Notes: generated from the letters alone by a model not told the origin. 64,000 nucleotides of DNA from Chrysomallon squamiferum (GCA_012295275.1 CM022674.1:10044001-10108000), one strand, 5' to 3'; positions 21,701-36,500 are shown, counted from the first letter of the stretch. Made by a program: numbers and translations.

Positions 21701-24147
21701 AGGACGTCAAAGATTTAACTATCAACATTAGCCATTTTCACTGTTTGTTATAGAGCAGTAAAGAATCTGGCAAATCTAAGTTTCATTAATAAAAATACAA
21801 GTCCTGTAATATAAGAGGTGGCATCTTTATGTTTTCCACAAACATTTTTTGTGTGATAGGAACACTGTCACTGTACAGAAACAATTTCAAGGAAATGTTT
21901 GTTATTTCCCAGTGTTGCAAAGAACTGCATGATAAAAACAATTTCTGCATTGGCTACAACTTGAGAAATAGTTCAAATACCATGCCAGCTCTGGAAAACA
22001 TATATTTATTGTTGATGTAATTATGTACCAAGTTCTGTTGTAATTCAGCATCTATTGATGATGTTTTGTCTTGTATAAATAAACATCTTTGTTAAGCTGT
22101 TGTTTTAAAATTAATTAGTAATAAAGGTTGGATACACAAGAAAATGAATTAATCATGACTCTGTTGCTGATGAATAAATCTCAACCCTTTCTGCTACCAA
22201 AGTTTATTATTTAATTATTTAAACTTTAGTTAAATGAAATGTAATGGGTTTGAACAAGCAATAATATATACTTGGTATCACATTACCAAGTTTTTAAATA
22301 TATATATATAAGTGGGCCTAGCAGATTTTTTGACTGAATATTCCAGTAAGCAGTCAATGTGTGCATTATACTTTGGTCTAAAATAACGTCTTATAGGAGG
22401 AGCAAACAAAGAAATAAACATACTGGTAACCAATTTTAGTTTGTTCAATATACTGAACCAGTAGATGCATAAGAGATTCCAGCTGATAGCTTCTTTCATA
22501 TGCTCCTGTGAAGAAGAACAACAGACAACCAATCATGTCATCCACAACTGCATTAAACCTACAGCAGCTGAGGGAAACTACCTGGACAACAACAACTCTC
22601 CAGGAAAAGTGATCTACAGAGAACAGTAGCGATCACAGTCACTGCAGGCTTTGACATGTAGTCAACAGGCAAAGAAAAAGAAGAAGTATAATTATAAAAA
22701 GAAGTTAATTAAACACTGTTGAGTTATGCATCGTCTATACACACTAAATGAAATGAAAGTAAACAAAGACATCTCAACAATCTTTGCTAAAATTTCTTTG
22801 ATCAAATGGTGTTGTAAACAAATTTGCTAAAATTAGATGTATAATCAAAAAAATGTACTTCTAATGTATTTGAAGAGAATGAGTACCAATGATGAAAGTA
22901 ACTTGATATAGTTGCAGCAAATTTGTTCTTTCAAATGGCTCATGAAAGCTAAAAATGCTCAGAAATTCAGGAATTGTTGTTTTCTCCAGAAGCTAAGCCA
23001 GTTTTAGTGTATTCTTGGTATACTTTTTAAACACTTTTCTTGAGGCAAGAACTAAGTTATGAACTATAACTACAAAACAAAAACACTGAATATTATTACA
23101 GAACCATTTATCTTTTTTTTGCCCTTCTTTTAAAAATATCAAGCAGTTATGATTATTTTTAATAATAATAATTCAGATGAAAAAATATATACACATACAC
23201 ATGCACACATTCATACATGAAAACAGCTACCATGGTCCATAAAAGTTGCACTAAGAGTACTGGGGCTAAATTTGAAATTTCAAGAGGCTGCAGTGTAAAA
23301 TATACTGTTACTAATTAATTATAAGGCTGATAAACTATTTATCTTTCAAATGATCAGACCTTTAAAAAGCTTGAGACCTGTTGGAAAATTTATTTAAATA
23401 AACAGGATCCTTGGTAGAGAAAATATTAGGAACCACTGATACCTAAATATATATTTTTTCTATTCTAATAAAGCTAAAATATCCTACATGGCATTGTTGT
23501 TATTTTTTAAGTTCTTGGAGTACAGAAATAGAACCATACATATCATGGACATGTTTCATATGAACTAATAATTATAAAAATGTGATATTGTCAAAAGTTT
23601 TTAAATTTTACAAAACTCTGCAGATTTTTGTAAATGGAACAGATAACTTTATTTAGTCTTGCAAAAATAATTTGTTCCAAGATATGAACTTATATAGTAT
23701 GCCATTTCTTTTTTCATATTTTTTATTAAAATGTGCATGTACTATAACCCAAATGTAAATGTACACCACCTAGGATCGTTTTTTAACCAAACAAAAGACT
23801 CAAAGCATAAATTTTAAAAGTTATTTGAGAAAGTGTTCTATCTGTTCCCAGACCTATATAAAAAATATAAATATTAGAAAAACACCACCATTTTGTGTGT
23901 TAAAATAATATAACTTCATTAACACTGTGATAGAAGTATCCACTCAAATGAAAATTTGAATATTTACTGCAATTTTGTAAAAGAATATGAGTATAATAAA
24001 AATATTTATGCAGTACATTAGGCCACTTTGATCTGTGGCCTCTGATGTTTTTAAGTGCATACACAGATAAAATAAATTGCGACAATACAAAACTATTTTA
24101 TTTATTTTTATCCAGAAATAAATTAATAGTAACTATGTGTGTATTTC

Positions 24148-24183
24148 TGTGTGTGTGTGTGTGTGTGTGTATGTGTCTGTCTT

Positions 24184-24222
<39 letters not shown>
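24148..24222. repeat. Compound (GT)n-(CT)n microsatellite
   Basis: Direct reading. Confidence 0.95.
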
Positions 24223-24224
<2 letters not shown>

Positions 24225-24502
24225 ACATACATGTGTATTTTAATTATACTCATGTTCCTTTACAAAATTATATATATATATTATTATATGTAAATAACAA
24301 AAACATTGGTTTCTTTTAAATTGATAAAAACATTATATTTTTTAAATGTAATGAAATCCAACTATGTATCTAAAAGGAGCTGCATTAATAAATATATATA
24401 TAATCCCTACACACACACATGCACTCCAAAATTATGATCAGTCTGAAATTAAAATATTCAAAGGCAGAATGAATAGAAACATATTATTATTTTTTTAATC
24501 CT

Positions 24503-26383
24503 TTATGGATTTAAATTCTGGAACAAATGTTTCAGTTTTGATTTTTCCAATGCAACAGCAATAGTTGAGATAGATGGATCAATACTGTCTTGTTTCCATT
24601 GTAGAAGAAGCTGATAAACAACTTCAGGGGTACCACCGTGATGACTCTTACTACATTCATAGTCTATATCAGCATCATCAACACCTAAATGGCGAACTGA
24701 AAAGAATTTAAGACTCTAAGTATATACACATTTTTAAATCCCATGAATTAATTGTATTTGTTATGTGTATTGTAAACATAAAATTGATAATCGTATCACT
24801 GAATTAAAAAAAAAAATTAAGTGTATGCTATTCTTTTCTACAGATGGTTTTTATCTGTGTAATTGAACTGGAAATCGGCTTCTGACTTTTTTAATTTCTA
24901 ATTTTTTAATTTCTGTTAGATTTAGGATTTATTTTCTTATAAAGATGTCAGTATAAAATAAATTTAACTAACATACCAAATCTTCTCCATGATCCCCCAA
25001 TATTTCTAGACAATTGTTGAAGTTCCATACTGGATATTATTCTGGTAGATGCTTAACAAATTAAAATAGATTTGTATTAATGTATTATAATGCCATTGCT
25101 CAATATTATTTTAAACTTTTTCATATTTTAACTTTATAGTGTTCAAATGCACTTATACAAATTGTGTGAAAGCCTATTGTAATATAGTAATATAATAAAT
25201 TCAGGGGTAATAATGTAATATATGCATTGGTCAAACATATATATTGCAGTCATCTTTCTAGCTGTATAAAACATAAAGTAATATTCATAGCAGATTAAAA
25301 TTCATTATAATATACAGTTCGAAAGACAAATTAAAAAAAAAAATTAAAAGTTCTTTTTATTTATTTAGTTAAAAATAATGCATACAAACATACATACATA
25401 CATACATATATATAAAACACTGTCTCTATTCACAAACACACACACAAACTACAAAAGAGTATTAAATATTTTAATAATAAATAATGAAAGAGAAAGTGAA
25501 ATGAACTATAAAACATTCTTACTCTTTAGCTCTTTAGCATGATCGTCATCTGGAGTGTACTGTTCCTCATCCTCACTTTCAGATGAAACATCCAAATCAG
25601 AGTTAGTAATTGAATTGTTAATATTAAGTTGTATGTAATTATACATCCCATGTTGAAAAATATTAACGTGAGCAGGAATGTTATGATCTAGAAAATAATA
25701 ATATATATTGTAGAATAATATTGTTTCTTTAAATGTTCATACACACATACAAAGCAACTTGGTATGCCTATAAAAGAAATGCAGCATGCAGATTAAGATT
25801 TTGAAAGGGTGGCTTAAATGAATTATTATATTAGCTCTGCATATTCAGTACTTTAAATTCATGTTTAATACAAAGACATAACAATAAACTATAGGTAGTT
25901 AAAACTGTGTATTAAAGTTACTGCAAATCTGTTGGTTGTCTTTTTTGGGAGGGGGTGGGGGATTCAGCTGCCCTAAGGTTCAAAACTTTAAAAATCACAC
26001 ATAACTCAGAGTAACTCTTACAATGGATGAGGTTCTTTCTACATCCAACAATATTATAAACTGTCAGCAAATTATATTCATTTAAAACATTATTGTTCTT
26101 TATGGAATAAAGGAAAAGAATGTGTCTTTAAAAATTACCTAAATCTATTAAGAATTTAGCTCTCTTCCTAATGAATGATCAAATAAAATAACTTTTAATC
26201 ACTATTTACATTTAAATCATTGAATTGTATTCAATTTAATATTTTTTATAATATCAATGGTCTGTTTACTTTTTAATCATTTTTCAATGCAAAAAAACAG
26301 GTTTTTCTCTTACCACCAGCTGATGCATCATCGTATGGTGAAGTTACATCAATGTCACGTGTGTCTTCCCCGGCTGATTCCAT
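24503..26383 (-). CDS. Death-domain adaptor with divergent RHIM-like motif, paralog E, 167 aa
   Basis: Exons 26383-26314, 25687-25523, 25051-24977 and 24696-24503 (504 nt): MESAGEDTRDIDVTSPYDDASAGDHNIPAHVNIFQHGMYNYIQLNINNSITNSDLDVSSESEDEEQYTPDDDHAKELKTSTRIISSMELQQLSRNIGGSWRRFVRHLGVDDADIDYECSKSHHGGTPEVVYQLLLQWKQDSIDPSISTIAVALEKSKLKHLFQNLNP*. Same 75-nt and 194-nt death-domain exons as paralog D. Entirely missed by the ORF track. Confidence 0.8.
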
Positions 26384-28902
26384 GTAGAACCGCTCCTGAG
26401 AGTGATAGGTGCATATGAATTTATTTTTAATTAAGCAATGTTATACAGAAACTAATTAAGGCTCAAAATTATAACAATAATTATTATTTTGCTTTAGATG
26501 TTGCTCGAGTTTAATTTACAATGTTTGGTCTGATGTTTGCGAATCTTTGTTTCCTAAAAACTGTTAAACGTACAATAGCTTATAACCCGATATTCTATTA
26601 TAAAATGTGCAAAATTCTCTTTTAAATTGTTCACACATAATTTATTTTACACATAAATAAGTATAACATTAAAAGTACATTTGCAAATAAATCACTTTAA
26701 GATAACTCTACGATGGCCTTTTATTTTTAACGCTGGAATTATGATCGTGGCCACTGGTAATAACTACCTTCTCTTTTTCATTATTTTTCACTTCAAAAAG
26801 TTATTATCCACCTGCCTAAGATTTGAGATCGATATATAGTATTTGTTTGTAATCTTGTGTTTCTGGTCTATTCCTTGTCACTTGGTTCATTTCTTTGCTA
26901 AACTAGGCTTAGTAGGTGGCGTTTCACTCGATTTTAAACGAAACGCTGAACCAGTCGAACGCCTTTATTGTTTTTACATTGGATTTTATTTTGCTTTCCT
27001 TTCTCTTTCTTTCTTTCCTTTCCTTTACTTTATTTCTTTCTCTTTTTTTTTTTTTTTAATACCAATGTATGTGCGTCTTTTTTGTTCCAATTTTAATACT
27101 GATATAAGTTATAATTGTCACAATGTAATTTCCCCTCCCCTCCGGAATTCTAATAATAGTTTTGGGTTTTGTCTAGACGAGCCATTTTCGGTTAACATCT
27201 GCAGATAAATCTTAGTTTGGTAATAATTATGATTACAACCATGAAAATGAGGTTGATTTGACGAAATGTGCGTTGACAATTTTATATGATCTTTTTTGTT
27301 GTTGAAAAGCTTGGGCAAATCAAATTTTAAAAACAATAACTGCTTTACAATTATTATTCTATTATTTTATTTTATTTTATTTTATTTTTTTTTTGTTATT
27401 GTAATTAATTATATCGTTGTGTAATTTATTGTATCTGTTTGAAAATGATTTAGATGTGATAAATGCAGGTGAAATTTCAAACTGGTTTGCGTTATTTGAT
27501 TAGTTCCCTAAATTATTTTAAACGTTTTGAAATTAAAAACTTGAAATTTTGTTTTATTACAATTCAACTTTGTTCCAAAACGACTCTCCATTATATCCTA
27601 AATCTTCCACCCGAGCACTGAATGATAAATATAAAAAACGTTCTAATTTTATCATAAATAAAAGTCTTTTTAAAAAAACGTTCTCATCGCCAGTTTGTCA
27701 AGAAACATTTACCTGTGAAGTGTGCATGTGTGTGTATAATATTTATAACAATATTTTTACAAGAAGAAATAACAACATTTATAATAATCTTCTTTATTGA
27801 AACATTCTTCATGAAGTTAAATTAAAAGTTATGTTTGTAATGTATACATATATGAAACATGACAAAGATAAACTGGAACACTGTCTGTGCTATATAATAC
27901 GCCTTTTACACCAAATTCTGGAAATATAACATATTTACATACATATACAAGCTGCATTAACACTAGTTTATAGTAATTGTGTTTAAATACATGTAACTAA
28001 TTTAATAATGTATATACATATACAGTTATTCATCTTCTAATCATAAAAATTTCAATTTATTTTACATAAAAATTTGTACAATTATTAATTTTTGTATTTG
28101 CACAAAAATGCTGAGAATTGTTCAGCTATTGAGTTATTTTGTCACTTCAACTGCAAAGCTAACTGAAAAAGTATTTCACAGCACAATGTCTAAACAATGG
28201 TTGTTACTATTAAGTTAATTAACACTGAAACACTTAAATTATTGCTATGGCCAGCCTATTAAATCTAACAAAACAATACACTTCTGAACAATATAAATAA
28301 TGAGTAATTCCACATGTATGAAAAATTCAGTTTTTAAATAAGTGCTGCAAACTCTCAGATGTACATATTCAGAATCATAAAAAAAATATTAATTTTAAAA
28401 ATAAAGGAAACAATCTGAAGTGGAAAATGTCAGACTAATTTATATTATTACTGATTATCCTAAATAAACTAGCTAACACAAATCTGAACTGGTATGATAT
28501 ATATGTACTAGATAATTTTGACAAATTATAAAACATTTAAAATCCAGAGTTTACAATCCATTTAGTTTTTTCAACAATAGTTAGAGATGTTCATTTTTAT
28601 TAAAATCTGATTTATATGCTTCTGACAGCTGCATCACATTCTGTTTCTCTGTCTATATTCTAACATACACTCCACTTTCAAACCAGATAACAACAAATTT
28701 ACACTTGTCATTCAACCAAAAAAATTACGTGTCTGGAATTTTCATTACACAATTTATTCTTACCAGAGTGTAAGTTTAAATAACAGAATTGGCCTGTTTT
28801 GTTCACACACTGATTAAAACAGTTTGAGTGAGAATGTTTAGAACAGTGGAAGTAAGGCATGTTCACACAATCTGTTAAGACAGTCTAACACACAGCAAAT
28901 TC

Positions 28903-31900
28903 TTAACTTGAAACAACTGCTCCTGAATCTTCCTTCCCTTTGTACTTAGCTTTACCATGTGTGAATGGTATATATCTGTATTTTATCATGTGCTGCAAAC
29001 AATGAAACACACATAAATTTTCTTATTAATATAACAAATAACAAATTATCTAGCCTATCAGAGATTTTTTCACAGTAAAATATAAGAAAAACACAAATGT
29101 CAAACTATCTTATCTCAAATTCATAACACACCAAACACTTAGACATATACATTATTATTTATATATCACTTTGACCACACTAAGCAAGTTCATATGCGTG
29201 TCTGTGGCTAATTGTATTAATACAGTAAGTAATTATTAATAATTAAAGATGTTTTACTTTAAAAACTGGACACAACAATAATACAATATTTGACATATGA
29301 TTAAGGAGAGACTATATGAGTAATGGGATGAGAATCAACAAAGCTGATATGTTTCTTTTAATTTATTAGTCAATAGGACGATGAAGAAAACTGTTTTTAA
29401 GTTTTTACTAACCTTTATTTGTCTTTTCATTGTTATGGTAAAAAGGATGATGAAATACATGACAAGAATAGGCCAAAACACTGGTATATTGAGAGCAGTG
29501 AAGCATGTACATATCATAGCTATGACAATAGCTTTAGAAGAGGAATACCTGCAATGAAAAAACATTTCTTAAACCATAAACATAAATTTAAAGAAAGAAG
29601 GAAATATGTATTACTGATTTTTGTTCTTAGCAGTATTCTAATCTTGTAATATATGCTTTAGTTACATGAACATTAAAAATCAATTAAACTTTTCTTAACT
29701 ACTTAAATGTTGACTCAGATAAAATAATGAAATCTCCATTTAAAAGTCATAATTATAGCTAATTTATAGTTAATTTTTTTATTTTTACCAAAATTTAAAT
29801 TCAGGCAATCTCCTCATAAAAGGCCTAAATTCTTCATTAGCTTTGGTGGGTAAAGAAGGTCCATCTTCTGAAAGAAGTAAAGCATTGAACAAGTTACTTT
29901 CTGACTGCTGATCATAGACAGAGCTATAGCTAAATGTTACATTTAACTGTGTTATTTAAAAAAATTCATAAGCACATAAAAATTATTAATAAGAAAAAAA
30001 AATTAAGTTTTAAAAAGATACTATTTCATTAAATTCTTCTTCTAATTTTTATACATATTAAAATTCATGCAGAAATTTATCAATAATCATAAATAATATG
30101 AAGAACAATAATTAGAAATATGCATTTTAAAAAATTCATGTATATCAATTTAATAAATGTTTAATAATATTTAGCATCATATACAGCCGTTATAATTATA
30201 CTATAAAAATATCAAAGTTTATCAAATTTATTTAAAAGGTCATTGAAGGGGTCATTCTGTGTCAAATCACCCAATGGGTTAAACCTGACTGTCTCAGATT
30301 TTTATGAAGCTTGGTATATTTGTTGACTGGGATTCCAAAGCACCAAATCGGAAATTATAGGCCAATCGGACCTGTGCTGTGGGAGATATGGTGCCCCGAA
30401 TTTTGTGATTTTTTTGGCTAAAATGGGCATGACCCCCAACCTTTGAACCCTCACATCTCAGGAACTACTGGGCCAATCTTCATAAAATTGGGTGCTTTGA
30501 CATGGAATGACTAGAAGCTATTCAACAAATATGTTATCATACATTTATGTGTATTAAATATGTAGTAATATTAAAATGCATTATATAACAAAAAATTGTA
30601 TGCCAAGATGCCACTTTATCTTTCAATCTATAAATCATGACATACTAAATGTGTCAGTTAATCTTATCCTCACATTAATTTTGCATCATTCTTTATTATT
30701 ACATATTGATTATTCAATTAATACTGTAAATTTAGTTATACAATTACCATTATCATCTAACAATGCAGGGTCTGTCTTTGGCGTCAAAAATGCTATAAAC
30801 AAATTTAACAGATAAATTCCCAAAGCATATGTTACTATATACCATCCCTGAAAGTAAATAAATTTAATTCCATAAATAATAATAACACTTTTTCAAATTC
30901 ACTAATTATAAATTGATAATACTGTGAACTAAATAAAGCTTATTAAAGAATACCAATTTACAGTATAAAGTGTAGTAATGTGTCAGTTTTTCTTTCTTTT
31001 TAAAAAAATACACCACTTTTTTTTAAATGGAAAGAATGAAAAATTTATAGTTAATGAGCTATACAAATTTTTTAATATCAATATGATTTTTAAAGAAAAT
31101 TAAAAAGATTTTTTTTTTTCAAAAATATCTGTAAACCATACCTGTAAAATATAAACCCTTAGAGAATATATCAGCATCAAAAGAATAGTGCCACACCATC
31201 GACCTGTAGAATATGGAGTTACTCTGTCTAACAAATGTTGATGAATCTGAAATCAGTTACAACAATAATGTTCAAACTAAATTAGTTAAAAAAAAAAAAA
31301 AATGTTTATAAATATATTCATATGCATACATACACCACAGAATCACTGAAATTAAAATGCAAAAACAAACAGAAAACAAACAAAAAAGAAGAACAAAATG
31401 AAAGAAAACTAATTCGCTAAACATTATTTTGACACATACACATGTACATACATGTTTTACGAAATGCTATAAATGCTTAATAATTATTTCACATCTACTG
31501 CAGATACAAAATAGTCACATTAACAATCTCACAAATTATTCAATTATTTACTTCTTGTCATTGTTGACACAAGTAGCTAGCTATGAATGCTACTGGTGTA
31601 AATAAAAAAGGTCATTGTAACTAAAACAGGACTTGTGGGTGGAGCTTATCTGTTTTTTAATAAATACACTGCTTTGACATTCAGTTTTATAAAATGAGGT
31701 TACATAAATAAAATAAAATGTAATATAAGTAAAAGATATATATATTTTCCAAAAGTATGTCAGCACTCACCACTAGACAGCCTAGACTTATTTCAGTGAC
31801 AACAAACATCATTTGTTTACACCAGTATCACAAGAAGGAAACATTTGTTTGCATTTTTTTTTTTATCTACAAGATATTTATAAATTTTAAACATAAATCC

Positions 31901-32064
31901 TGAACAAGGAAATACACTTTTCAACTGTTAATTCTTAAGTAATCAGGCATTTTTCTTAGTGTTTTAACACTAAACAATTTACTTTGTACCTCACAATAAC
32001 GTTTGAAACCTCTGTACAAAAACCCAGGTTTTGATGGTTGTGTGTCTTCACCTTCTAATGACAT
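28903..32064 (-). CDS. RER1: Protein RER1 (Golgi-to-ER retrieval receptor), 194 aa
   Basis: Exons 32064-31990, 31246-31142, 30847-30748, 29867-29789, 29548-29413 and 28992-28903. Motifs [59 protein letters not shown]-like [31 protein letters not shown]. Confidence 0.96.
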
Positions 32065-32699
32065 TATCACTCTGAAATAATAAAATCATTATAAATGGAG
32101 TGAAAAAAATAACAAGAACAGAAATAAGAAAGCCTTTCAGGTAATTCTACTTTTATTATTACTTTAACCATCTCTAATTAATTTTATTTTTATTTTTATT
32201 TAGTTATGGAAATATTTAGAATAGTCACTAACAGTCTTAGGAGTTACTGGTCAAAATTATTCCAGCCAAAATGTCCCCATTTTAACTGCATTTAATGGTG
32301 CAGTTCATGTTCATCAAACATATCATCTTTGAATAGCATTCAGATTGGAGTCACCTAAAAGAAATTTAAGTCAACTGAATGGCAGTAAGTTCCAGTAAAT
32401 TCAAGCACAACCAAAAACAGGATTTTCCGACTGACATCACAATAAACCATAGTATCTAAGTATCATACTTAGTATGGCTGTGATGACCAATACATCAATC
32501 CTCAATCCTATCAGTATCATCAGATAACATTAATTTTATAATATATATTTTACAAATTCTATTACAAGAAAAAAGAAGAAAAAAAGAAGACTTAGTTATT
32601 TGATAATCCCATTCACTTGTTACTTGATTGTCTTGTACAAGCCTATATGATATATTATGTATACCATTCATACGGAATTAGTAATTAGTTAATTTTAAA

Positions 32700-33546
32700 T
32701 TTACGTTGAAACATTTTGACGCACTCATTTGCAATTCGCCAGGCCGCAGTAGACATCTAATATATTACAGATTTTGTTTATAAATTTAAAGTGATAACGA
32801 AGTGTAATAAATAATGTTCATAAATTATGATTCACACTCATAGGTAATAATTAATTCTTTTACTGTGGATACAAAACATTCAAATTTTTATTTTAAAAAA
32901 AGAAGAAGAAGTACGAATAATTAAATACAGCACTAAAAGCTGCATCTAGAATATTTCACTGAATGTGAAATATATTATCTACGAAATAATGAAGGAAAAA
33001 TAAAATATAACTATAAAAGAATTCTGTTCTTCGAATCTCCAACTTGGTGTCCAAGATGATTATGTTGCTGTAAATACGAAAGACGCCATGTTTGAATTCA
33101 TCATACCGGTTACTAATTTTGACTAGCAATAATATCAGTTAACATAAATACCTTGGTTGTTTCCTCAAATTCTAGGAAAAAATTAATTTTAATAAATGTT
33201 GTTTTAAAGAAGCAATGTTCAAATTATGTGAATTTTGAATCATTTAGCCACGTTGCACGACTATCGCCACAACCATTTTATTTCCGGTTATGTGTCTTTT
33301 AAATTAGAGTTTCCCCCCTTCTTTTTCCGCTAACTAGTCTTAGCATTTTACGAGTATCGTTAAAAATCACGTAAAAATTTAAAATAAAAAAAAATAATAA
33401 TAAGAAATAAAAACAATTAATTAATTAGCAACAATAATAATAAAAATGATATTATAAATTATATTAACAGAGCGGCTGAGAGAAAGACATCTTTTTTTTA
33501 AACTTTTTTTTTAAATTACATTATATTTATAGTTTATACACTTATC
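32700..33546. promoter_or_regulatory. Probable bidirectional promoter RER1/PUSL1
   Basis: Head-to-head genes; locally more CpG; YY1-like CGCCATGTT (~33084) and ETS-like TTCCGG (~33282). Confidence 0.5.
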
Positions 33547-36500
33547 ATGGGTCGTTTTCTTATGTTTGTCTCGTATATAGGGACACATTACAGGTAACAA
33601 AAATATTCTTAAAATAACCTTTATTATTATTTTGAGTTATTTTTTTTTAAAACCATTATTATATATACTTCATTTAGAAAATTATAAAGAATGAACGATA
33701 TTAATTAGAAATTAATATCAAATTATGATAATAATTAATATAGTCAATGTTTTAGTGTCAGAATATATATATATATATAAAACAAATATGCCATTGTCAA
33801 TAACAAAATTAAAGGCAGATAGTTTTTATTTATAAATTTATTGTTGTACACTATAGGTTATTTTTAATTTGACAGTGGTCTTCAGATTCAAAATGTTGGT
33901 GGTTGCTTGAGAACAGATATTAAAACAGTTCAAGGTGTATTGCACGTATGTATTAACAAACACTATTTTTGTTTTTTAATTTTATTTATTTATTTATATT
34001 TTATAACACAGCTTCATTTTGACTTTGTTTATAGATTCAGAATTTGTTAATTATTTTTAAATATTAATGACAACAGTTGTATGTGTTTGAAAGTAACTAT
34101 AATAATAATAATTTAAATTATCACAGATGTTTTTATTACTAATAAATGTTTTATTAAAAACAAATTAAAAAAGAAAACATATTATACATGAACATAAATT
34201 TACATGTAAATACTTTTGACATTGAAATATTCCCCTTTTCTTTCTTTTCTCTGCCTTTTCTTAGAGTTGTTTAGAGAAACTGAAACCTTCAAATGAAGTG
34301 AAAATCTATACATCAAGTCGAACTGATGCTGGTGTCCATGCTTTCTGTAATGCTGTTCATTTTGATCTACAGCACAGGTTGGATAATAAACATTTTAAAA
34401 TTACAGAAATTGGTATTTGAATCTGGTGGATCTATAAATTCCATTTATTATTAATTATTAATTATGCAGAAAATGTGCATAAATTGTGATTCATTTGGGG
34501 AAACTGGCTATACAACAGCAGTTGATGGAGAATTTTAGGAGGAAGCTAGATGACGACAGGCCAGCTCAAGCTTTAGACCCCACAATGTCACACACTGGGA
34601 ACGTTTAATTTGGCTGTGAAAATGTAGTTCTGGAAGTGAACAAATCTGAGTTCAAATATCTGTTCAGTTATATTGTTATCTCATCACAAATGAGCATGTC
34701 TTTAATTCCACAGTTTGCTGTTTCTATGGACCCTTGGCTCTGTGGATGCTGAGGATTTCTTTGGACCATTACCAACTCTGGCCACATTACTTTCATTTCA
34801 GTAATTACACATATTTTCTGAAAGTTTCAAGAATTATACATATTTCCTGCAACAAACAAACACATATACACTAATGTTTGTGACTAGCCATAACTGTCAT
34901 TTCATCAATTTTTCATTCTTTATGTTATTTGCTTTTTCATTTTTATAATTTTGTTACTGCAAAGATTGTTTGTAAAATGAATATTAGAGTAACAATTGTT
35001 TTTAAATACAAATTATTTCTAGTACGAAATAACAGATAAAATGTAATGTGAAATAAGTGACTTGTCCACTCTTTTGTAATGTTACTGGTACTTACATCAC
35101 ATGAGATACTGCTGGTGTCAAACATACATTCAGAACAATGAATTTTTTTTTAAAATTAGGTATTAGATAATTCAATACTTTTTCTTTTATCTGTTCGAAT
35201 TAACAAACATTTCAGTTTACAAAAACATGTTTTAGTTCTCAGCTCCCTCTGTTTCATTGACTTTAGTGTAAATTCCTAAAACCCATTTCCATCACTGTGT
35301 GAATATATCTGGTCTGTTCCACATCTTATAATTTTTTTGTTGTTTTATTTATTTAACAGATTTTACCCTGAGAAAGATTATAAAGCTGAAGTAGTAACAC
35401 AGTGTGTCAATCAAATTCTTCGTAAATCGCGAGAAAGTATTCGGTATGAAATATTTGATAACAAACAATTCACATAACTATATGGTAGAAGTGCATAAAC
35501 TTTTTGTAAATACATGAACATATAGATTTTAAAAATGGCTCATTAAAATTAAATTTAAATGTAATATTAATGACTCAGCAAAAGTTGGATTTATGGTAAG
35601 TAATTATTTCATATAAAAGAAATGATTCTTATGCAATTATTTCATATAAAAGAAATGATACTAATGTTCAAATATGTATTTTAGTTCATAAATAAATAAA
35701 ACTGACTTTTTTACTAATTAATGTTTATGTTTCAGAGTACTTAAAGTGGTGCATGTATCAGATGACTTTCACTGCCGACATAAAGCTAGAGCTCGTCGCT
35801 ATGTGTACAGACTGTGTTTTATTAAAGACAGATGTCGAGATAAACTAACATCTACTCTTTTCTCAGAGGATTTTGCTTCTCAAGTTTTGTTTCACCACCT
35901 GCCCATATCACCTCTAGAATTTAATTACTCTTATTGTGTAGTGTAATTGTTTTCCTTTGTTTTATAAAACAGTAGACATTTAAAACAATATTTTAATAAA
36001 GTTATAAATCAATTTTCTGACAAACTCATGATGATGCTATAATGATAAAACATTTTCAGTTATACTCAACAAAATCACAAAATTCTTTTTCAGTGAATCC
36101 AAGTATTTGGTTCTCTCTCTCTCATTAACGTTTTCTCTCACATTTATTCTTTCAGTCAATAATAGTTTCTGACCATGATCAGAATTAGTATTGATATAAG
36201 TACAAATAGTTATCTGATAGTTATTTGTGGACTTACACTCAGTATTTGAGAGACATTTAATGTAAATCTTGAAATGTAATTTTAAGTATAGGATACTACT
36301 TCACTTATTTTCATTTGGCCTGAGTTAGCAATTGTTCTGGCATTGGTGAATGTTATAATATCGAACTTACTGGTTATTTGTCAGCTGAAATGTAATATTT
36401 ATATACTTCATTTCTTAATTCTTAAAGTTAGTTTTAATGTTCTTGAAATTTATATAACCATTAATATTTTTCTTTCTTTTCATTTTATTAGACTATTCTT

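Noticed and set aside
24045-24319. Hydrophobic ORFs
   Set aside because: They arise from a (GT)n(CT)n microsatellite.
26314-26340. PYDD/ASAG as an IMD-like caspase site exposing an IAP-binding motif
   Set aside because: It lacks the Pro at position 3 typical of IAP-binding motifs and is not shared by the other paralogs.
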